This document shows, in pieces, positions 35,532 to 41,387 of a DNA stretch of 41,387 bases. Under the pieces are notes generated by a model, which saw only the letters and a list, made by a program, of their open reading frames with translations, did not search any database and was not told the DNA's origin. Made by a program: the position numbers and the translations under genes. How positions within the stretch are numbered: the stretch's first letter is position 1; every line of letters begins with the position of its first letter. Origin of the DNA: Macrostomum lignano. Taxonomy: Eukaryota. The stretch lies in NCBI GenBank assembly GCA_002269645.1, contig NIVC01004581.1, positions 1 through 41,387 of the forward strand. The letters are read 5' to 3'.

Positions 35532-35642
35532 AAACTACAATTCTTTATTGAATTGTCAAATTTTAATAAGAGTACGGAACCTGGCAACTAGGATTGCATT
35601 GAGCAAGGTCAAAATACAGGCCCTAGCAATGGTTTTTCTTAC

Positions 35643-35739
35643 CTATCCCAGGAGCTTTCACTTCATAGTAAAAGGCATCTGACAGTCCAATTTTCAGCAT
35701 AGACGAGGCTGACCTCAAGGCTTCCATGGTGATTGGGAT
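35643..35739 (-). CDS. PLXDC: PLXDC exon (IPITMEALRSASSMLKIGLSDAFYYEVKAPGI)
   Basis: The KIGLSDAF hallmark. ATTCAG/GTAAGA boundaries. Confidence 0.92.
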
Positions 35740-35826
35740 CTGAATTAGTCAGTAGGAATCGATTACTATTATTAATCAATTTTAAGGCTAAACAAACCAG
35801 CACAACTATCAAGTCCGATGGCTCAC

Positions 35827-35891
35827 CTTAATGTAGTCGAAGACGATAGATCCGTTTGAGAATATGGCGCATTGAAAGGAAAAGGTGCCCA
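35827..35891 (-). CDS. PLXDC: PLXDC exon (GTFSFQCAIFSNGSIVFDYIK)
   Basis: Matches the GSFTFQATL..DGRIIFGY pattern. TTACAG/GTGAGC boundaries. Confidence 0.9.
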
Positions 35892-36014
35892 CTGTAACAG
35901 AGTTCAGAATTTTGCGCTAGGTGAGTATTATATAAATAGATTTAAGTACAATGTTTAAATGGATTCTGTGGTCTAATTTGACAAACTATACACAGAAAGT
36001 ATCTTGTAAAGCGT

Positions 36015-36410
36015 GAACAGACAAGATTGAAGGAGTGTCAGTGACCTGAAGTGAGAACAGACAAGATTGAAGAGTGTCAGTGACCTGAAGTGAGAACAGA
36101 CAAGATTGAAGAGTGTCAGTGACCTGAAGTGAGAACAGACAAGATTGAGTGTCAGTAACCTGAAGTGAGAACAGACAAGATTCAGTGTCAGTGACCTGAA
36201 GTGAGAACAGACAAGATTGAGTGTCAGTGACCTGAAGTGAGAAAAGACAAGATTGAAGGAGTGTCAGTGACCTGAAGTGAGAACAGACAAGATTGAAGAG
36301 TGTCAGTGACCTGAAGTGAGAACAGACAAGATTGGGCGTCAGTGACCTGAAGTGAGAACAGACAAGATTGGGCGTCAGTGACCTGAAGTGAGAACAGACA
36401 AGATTGGGTG
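36015..36410. repeat. PLXDC intronic minisatellite, 36-39-bp unit (GTGTCAGTGACCTGAAGTGAGAACAGACAAGATTGA...), ~10 copies
   Basis: Tandem units. Confidence 0.95.
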
Positions 36411-36481
36411 TCTATATGCAAAGCACAAGATCAAGAGACCATTTCAGCCCCTCATTACAACAGCAGTCAGAGAGAACTTAC

Positions 36482-36655
36482 AAGAATAGTTTGAGCTCAC
36501 AAACAGATTCTCCCAGCGCACCCAGAAGGCGTCCTCAGCTTCGACATACTTGATAGCGGACACCGACTTCCTGGTCTCGAAGTCGGCCATCATTGGCGCA
36601 ATGTATTGCGAGAAAGTCAAGTAAGGATGCGTCAGATCGTTTACGTAGATGAACC
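36482..36655 (-). CDS. PLXDC: PLXDC exon, NIDO-like extracellular domain (GFIYVNDLTHPYLTFSQYIAPMMADF...WVRWENLFVSSNYS)
   Basis: The GFIY...TQYIAPLMANF hallmark. CGCAG acceptor. The GTAAGT donor at 36481 gives the phase needed for NYSLGTF. Confidence 0.94.
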
Positions 36656-36744
36656 CTGCGTGTTGGGGATTGGGCGTGCAACTTTTGATTATTTTTGTTT
36701 GATTTATTTCTATTTTCAGACAAAAAGCGCACAAAGCTTGATTA

Positions 36745-37033
36745 AATAATAATAATAGCTGATTACACCTGCCCTGACGGCCAGATGAGCAACCGACAGC
36801 TCAGCCGCAGCTATTGCGCGGCGCATCTGAAGGCTGCGTACGGCTGTTCAGTCCAAGGACTGGGGGGTCGCCACACACACCCTCAATTACCCCAGCTAAT
36901 GCTGGCACCCATTTTACAGCTGGGTGAACTGAAGCAATGCAGATCGTTAAGTGTTTTGCTCAAGGACACAAACTGTTCCGAGTGGGATCGGGAATCGAAC
37001 CCCCGACCTTCAAGTCGTGAGTCCGACGCTCAC
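36745..37033 (-). mobile_element. tRNA-derived SINE, slightly 5'-truncated, with a Nin/Deu-like central domain and (ATT)n tail
   Basis: On the - strand: GAGCGTCGGACTC...GGTTCGATTCCC (B box), then GTGTCCTTGAGCAAAACACTTAAC...CACCCAGCTGTAAAATGGGT, ending ATTATTATTATT. The A box is not visible. Confidence 0.8.
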
Positions 37034-37503
37034 ATTAAACAGGGCTGATTAAACAGGTATCAGCAGGTTGATAGATTAAATAAATAAATAGCACAGCCCA
37101 GCGACTCAGTGGCAATAAAATCAGGCACTAACAATGCGAGGACTACACATACGTATCCGACTGTATATCTATCGCATGAATTATTGCTCAACCCTGAGCT
37201 AAAACCAATTGGAAAGAGTCGGAATGTCAGGACAGGTGGGTGCACTGTTCAGAAAAAAACATTTATGGCAAAACCTGGGACCGCGAAGGGGAGGAAGAGC
37301 TGTTACAACAGAATGGGGAGCTGCGTACTCCACGCATGTATTCCCAAGCCAGCCAGCCATGCGCAGAGCTGCATCAGTGCAGCTCCCAACAAGCGAGACA
37401 ATAGTACAGCCTTTTCCTTACAGAGGCTGCTACGTTTTTAAGTCCTACGGGGAAAAGCAAACACAATGCGTTGTCATGGCAACCAGTGCCACGCCAGCCT
37501 CAC

Positions 37504-37573
37504 CGCTAGTGGTAAGCACAATCGACTTGACTGAATGGCCGTAGAAGTCGAACGAAAAAACCAGTGGAATTGT
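37504..37573 (-). CDS. PLXDC: PLXDC exon (TIPLVFSFDFYGHSVKSIVLTTS)
   Basis: Matches the LSFDFPFYGH..ITVAT pattern. TTTCAG/GTGAGG boundaries. Confidence 0.92.
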
Positions 37574-37703
37574 CTGAAATACGAGTATTAGCGGCGGGTT
37601 TATAGGGTGGCCGGGTCACTCGGTGCATAGTAGAACCTATTTACCGCACAACTGATTTCCCAACGCAAGACAAAGCTCGAGGTCGAAAAGACCCAAGACT
37701 TAC

Positions 37704-37844
37704 CAATGCCAGATTTTTTCCATTGTTCAATTTAATATTGGAGCGAATCGAATAAGCTGAGAAGATTCGATCAAACTCGCTGGAATAGTACGTGCTCATG
37801 GGGTGACTCTTTGCTATAATCATATTGTAGTACACATGGTTATC
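37704..37844 (-). CDS. PLXDC: PLXDC exon (DNHVYYNMIIAK...NGKNLAL)
   Basis: DNHVYY corresponds to the DHNYY motif. TTGCAG/GTAAGT boundaries, phase 0-0. Confidence 0.85.
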
Positions 37845-37934
37845 CTGCAATTGTGTTTTTAGGATAATCTGTTGTACGACTTGCATTCGTGATAATAGCT
37901 CGTATAGTAGTCATAACTATTTAAACTTAACTTT

Positions 37935-38975
37935 GCCGTCACGCTGTCCATGCATGCTAAAGTGTGTCTGTCGCCCCAAGGTCATTTAATTCTAGCTAAC
38001 TTTTCAGTCACGCTGTCCATGCGTGCTAAAGTGAGGCTGCAGCCTTCAAGGTCATTTAATTCTAGCTAACTTTTCAGTCACGCTGTCCATGCGTGCTAAA
38101 GTGAGGCTGCAGCCTTCAAGATCATTTAATTCTAGCTAACTTTGTAGTCACGCTGTCCATGCGTGCTAAAGTGAGGCTGCAGCCTTCAAGATCATTTAAT
38201 TCTAGCTAACTTTTCAGTCACGCTGTCCATGCGTGCTAAAGTGAGGCTGCAGCCTTCAAGGTCATTTAATTCTAGCTAACTTTTCAGTCACGCTGTCCAT
38301 GCGTGCTAAAGTGAGGCTGCAGCCTTCAAGGTCATTTAATTCTAGCTAACTTTTCAGTCACGCTGTCCATGCGTGCTAAAGTGAGGCTGCAGCCTTCAAG
38401 GTCATTTAATTCTAGCTAACTTTTCAGTCACGCTGTCCATGCGTGCTAAAGTGAGGCTGCAGCCTTCAAGATCATTTAATTCTAGCTAACTTTGTAGTCA
38501 CGCTGTCCATGCGTGCTAAAGTGAGGCTGCAGCCTTCAAAGTCATTTAATTCTAGTTAACTTTTCAGTCACGCTGTCCATGCGTGCTAAAGTGAGGCTGC
38601 AGCCTTCAAGATCATTTAATTCTAGCTAATTTTGTAGTCACGCTGTCCATGCATGCTAAAGTGTGTCTGTCGCCCCAAGGTCATTTAATTCTAGTTAACT
38701 TTTCAGTCACGCTGTCCATTCGTGCTAAAGTGAGGCTGCAGCCTTCAAGATCATTTAATTCTAGCTAACTTTGTAGTCACGCTGTCCATGTATGTTAAAC
38801 TGTGACTGTAGCCCCAATGTCATTTAATTCTAGTTACCTTTTCAGTCACGCTGTCCATGCACGCTACATTGCGACTGTAGCCCCAAGGTCATTTAATTTC
38901 TAGTTAACTTTTCAGTAACGCTGTCCATGCACGCTACATTGCGACTGTAGCCCAAGGTCATTTAATTCTATTTAA
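37935..38975. repeat. PLXDC intronic minisatellite, 70-bp unit, ~15 copies
   Basis: TCATTTAATTCTAG recurs at 37982, 38052 and onward. Diverged terminal units. Confidence 0.97.
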
Positions 38976-39167
38976 CTCTAGTTCATGCATATTCGGGGTA
39001 GCGCCCTCCAAGGTTATTTAACAGTAGTTTGTTTGGCTATTGCAAACACAGTCGAGCTGCATGTTTTGGACTTTTGATGGCATGACTGTTAAAAAATTTT
39101 ATGGCTTAATTACGAGCATCGGTTGCTTGGAACAACTACAAATGACAATAATAGATAGCAAAGTTAC

Positions 39168-39356
39168 CTCGGACAAGTCGGGCTCCCCGGAGTCGGATGT
39201 GTCTCGTCGAACAATACCATGCTCAAGGGTTGGTCGGTCCAACAGGCGGATAGTCGAAGTTACCGGCTTGTTAGCTGACTCGAATTCGAACACTTCGCCT
39301 TCTTGAGTTTTACGTGGAATAGGCGGAATAGAGAGTGAAAGCGTGTAGATGCAAAA
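39168..39356 (-). CDS. PLXDC: PLXDC N-terminal exon (FCIYTLSLSIPP...HGIVRRDTSDSGEPDLSE)
   Basis: Open frame in phase with the next exon, with a GAG|GTAACT donor. The acceptor could instead be 6 nt upstream. Low sequence conservation. Confidence 0.65.
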
Positions 39357-40142
39357 CTGATGCTAGAAATCCGTTAAATGAAGTTAGCCTTCCAACTAAT
39401 GAGATCCCACTCATTGAATTATTAGTTTCCATCTCTGACTTTGAACTCCCCACCTTCCAACTTTGAGTTAAGCACTTCAGACTTCAAGTTCTCTAATTCA
39501 GAATATGTGGAGGAATTCCATATCTCTAAATTTCAGCTTCCACTGCTAAAATTGAAGTCTTTGTGACTCCATAGATATTTTGAACTTCTCTAAAACTAAG
39601 GATAATGACAGGAGTTTCTAAATTAAATACTCAGGTAACAATTATTATATGCTAAATATTTTAAAATTCCTATAATCTTGAATTAAAAAATAAAAGTTCA
39701 AATCTAAAATTATTAAAGATATAAGCAGATAAGTGAAATTTTACATGCATTTGTTTTTCATCAAAATATTAAAAGAAGAGAGAAATTCTGTTTATATTTG
39801 TTGTGGTATTTGTATTTAAAACACTGGATTTAAAGTTTGTGGTATGCTTAAAATAAAAAAAAAATTTCTAAGAAAAGCATTTTTAGGCTTATTTTGTGTT
39901 AATGTTTATGTTTAACAAGTCTAAAAGCAGAATTCACTCTGAGACAAAAGCAACTTCTTCTTAATAGAAACTGATTCCTTTTAAAAATGAGTACAAAAAT
40001 CAGTGTACTGTAAGTTTTGTTATGAATTAGAGCATTTGGAATACTATAGGCGCGATGCATCATGCCTAAAAATAGCTAAATCGAACTGATCAGATAAGGT
40101 CAAGGAGGCTGAGAGATTTTAAAATTAAATTTGGACGCTTAC

Positions 40143-40184
40143 CATCTTTAATAACTTGAGTGGGGTTAATCTCAGACAGCCCAA
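40143..40184 (-). CDS. PLXDC: Candidate PLXDC exon ending in the start codon (...AAAGATG|GTAAGC)
   Basis: Good acceptor (CTTTTACATTCTGCAG) and donor. The ATG is in phase with the next exon, but the resulting signal peptide is short. Confidence 0.4.
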
Positions 40185-40732
40185 CTGCAGAATGTAAAAG
40201 GACAAGGACAAAAGTCCCTATTGTCCATAAAATTGTACTTATTGTCATTGATAATACATTTACCAGTAAAAATAATCAAAGAAATTGATATTTAGCACAA
40301 TCCTTGTTCAAGGCTATTTTCCTTGATCGTTTTAAAGTTATTTTACTTTACTTTTAGACGTTTAAAGTTTGAGACGTTACGGCCGCTCGCTCGTTGATCA
40401 TCTTAAACAATCAGTGTAAGATTTAAAACGATGCAAATTAATGTTTCGTGGTTTTTACTTGTTTAAACAAAGCAAAATAACCAAAATAATTGGTTTTACT
40501 ACCAATTTCAACAAAATACACTTTGAAAGGTAATTTTTTTTACTTTTAGCAATTATTTTAACATTAAATTACCCAGTCCTTGAAATTAACGAAAAACACT
40601 AGTTATAGCATGAAATTAACAAGGAATTAAATTATGCCCCTGGAACACTTTCCAAAAGCTTTTTACTTTTAATACTTCGTTTTTTTGTTAAAATATTTTT
40701 CCCAATTCTGTCATTATCCTGACTCCACTTAC

Positions 40733-40900
40733 TCAGCTGGCTTTTTCAACTTCTTTCGAATTCGATTTCGGTTCTTTCGAATTTTTTTCGCTATTGCTTT
40801 TATTTATATAACTTGTTATTGTTATTATTTCCTTCTCAAAAATTTTTTTTCTTGCTACACGTTTGCTTTTGCATATTATAATTTGAATTGAATTGAACGG
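40733..40900 (-). other. Candidate non-coding first exon of PLXDC (5' boundary undefined)
   Basis: Strong GTAAGT donor on - at 40732 in an AT-rich region. No convincing ORF. Confidence 0.3.
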
Positions 40901-41387
40901 CCGCTTTTCTGTTTTGTTCAGAAATTCATCATCGGGACATTTGTCCCAATTGGTGTTATAATTCGTCGTTTTCGCTTTGAGTGAATGTATATTAAAAAAT
41001 CAATTTAATTGGATCTTTTAATATCGAATATTTTTGTAGCTCTGTGCGAGCGCTTCATACGTTTTGTTTTAATTTCTGTCACGTGATTCTCATCAAAAGA
41101 TTTAATTTCCGTTGCTACAGACATAAATGAACATTTATGCGAGGACATGTACTCCTCGTATTGGAATACCTGTGCAACAGTGTCTAAATATCATCAGAAC
41201 TATATTTTAATTGACTTCCATTCCAAAAGATAAAAATCCTATCCAGTGCCTTTACTCGCGATCTCGATGGCTAATTAATTAATCTATCATACATGTAACT
41301 GCGTTATTACATATTTTACTGCGCTTTAATTAGAGATTCTCAAGCGCTTACAGTGTATACCTGAATATTCAGCAGGCATATTTAAGG

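Noticed and set aside
36501-36501. Donor GTGAGC ending the PLXDC exon at 36501
   Set aside because: It gives the wrong phase for the next exon. The GTAAGT donor at 36481 restores the conserved NYSLGTF.
36975-37033. tRNA gene
   Set aside because: Only a B box and partial arms, no acceptor stem, and it continues into a SINE body.
40685-40891. 68-aa hydrophobic ORF on +
   Set aside because: T-rich compositional artefact, antisense to the probable PLXDC 5' region.

Overview
Eukaryotic (metazoan) genomic DNA. The architecture of GC-rich exons in minisatellite-filled introns is reminiscent of the flatworm Macrostomum lignano; this is an inference. Left to right: (1) a ~43-bp hairpin/G-rich minisatellite; (2) a compact single-exon ORF for a 53-aa secreted 6-cysteine peptide that I cannot assign to a known family (2814-2975); (3) a ~111-copy (GTCA)n microsatellite; (4) a complete 9-exon p90 ribosomal S6 kinase (RSK) gene on + (5634-20339, 772 aa reconstructed); (5) a convergent plexin-domain-containing (PLXDC/TEM7-like) gene on - (23480 to ~40184, ~497 aa; the N-terminus is less certain). 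Twelve introns of the two genes carry their own private minisatellites (17 distinct intronic arrays), several ending only 15-25 nt from the 3' splice site. The last PLXDC intron holds a GATA-containing array interrupted in register by a ~5.5-kb Loa/R1-group non-LTR retrotransposon (APE-RT-RNaseH-CCHC). This copy has an ORF1 frameshift and an internal deletion removing the APE catalytic His. Another PLXDC intron holds a tRNA-derived SINE. Main leads: the orphan cysteine-rich peptide; intron-by-intron minisatellite expansion with an over-represented TCAG/GTCAG core; and insertion of the retroelement at that same core. No rRNA, true tRNA or CRISPR array was seen. All exon models were read by eye, and protein family calls rest on remembered motifs rather than database searches.
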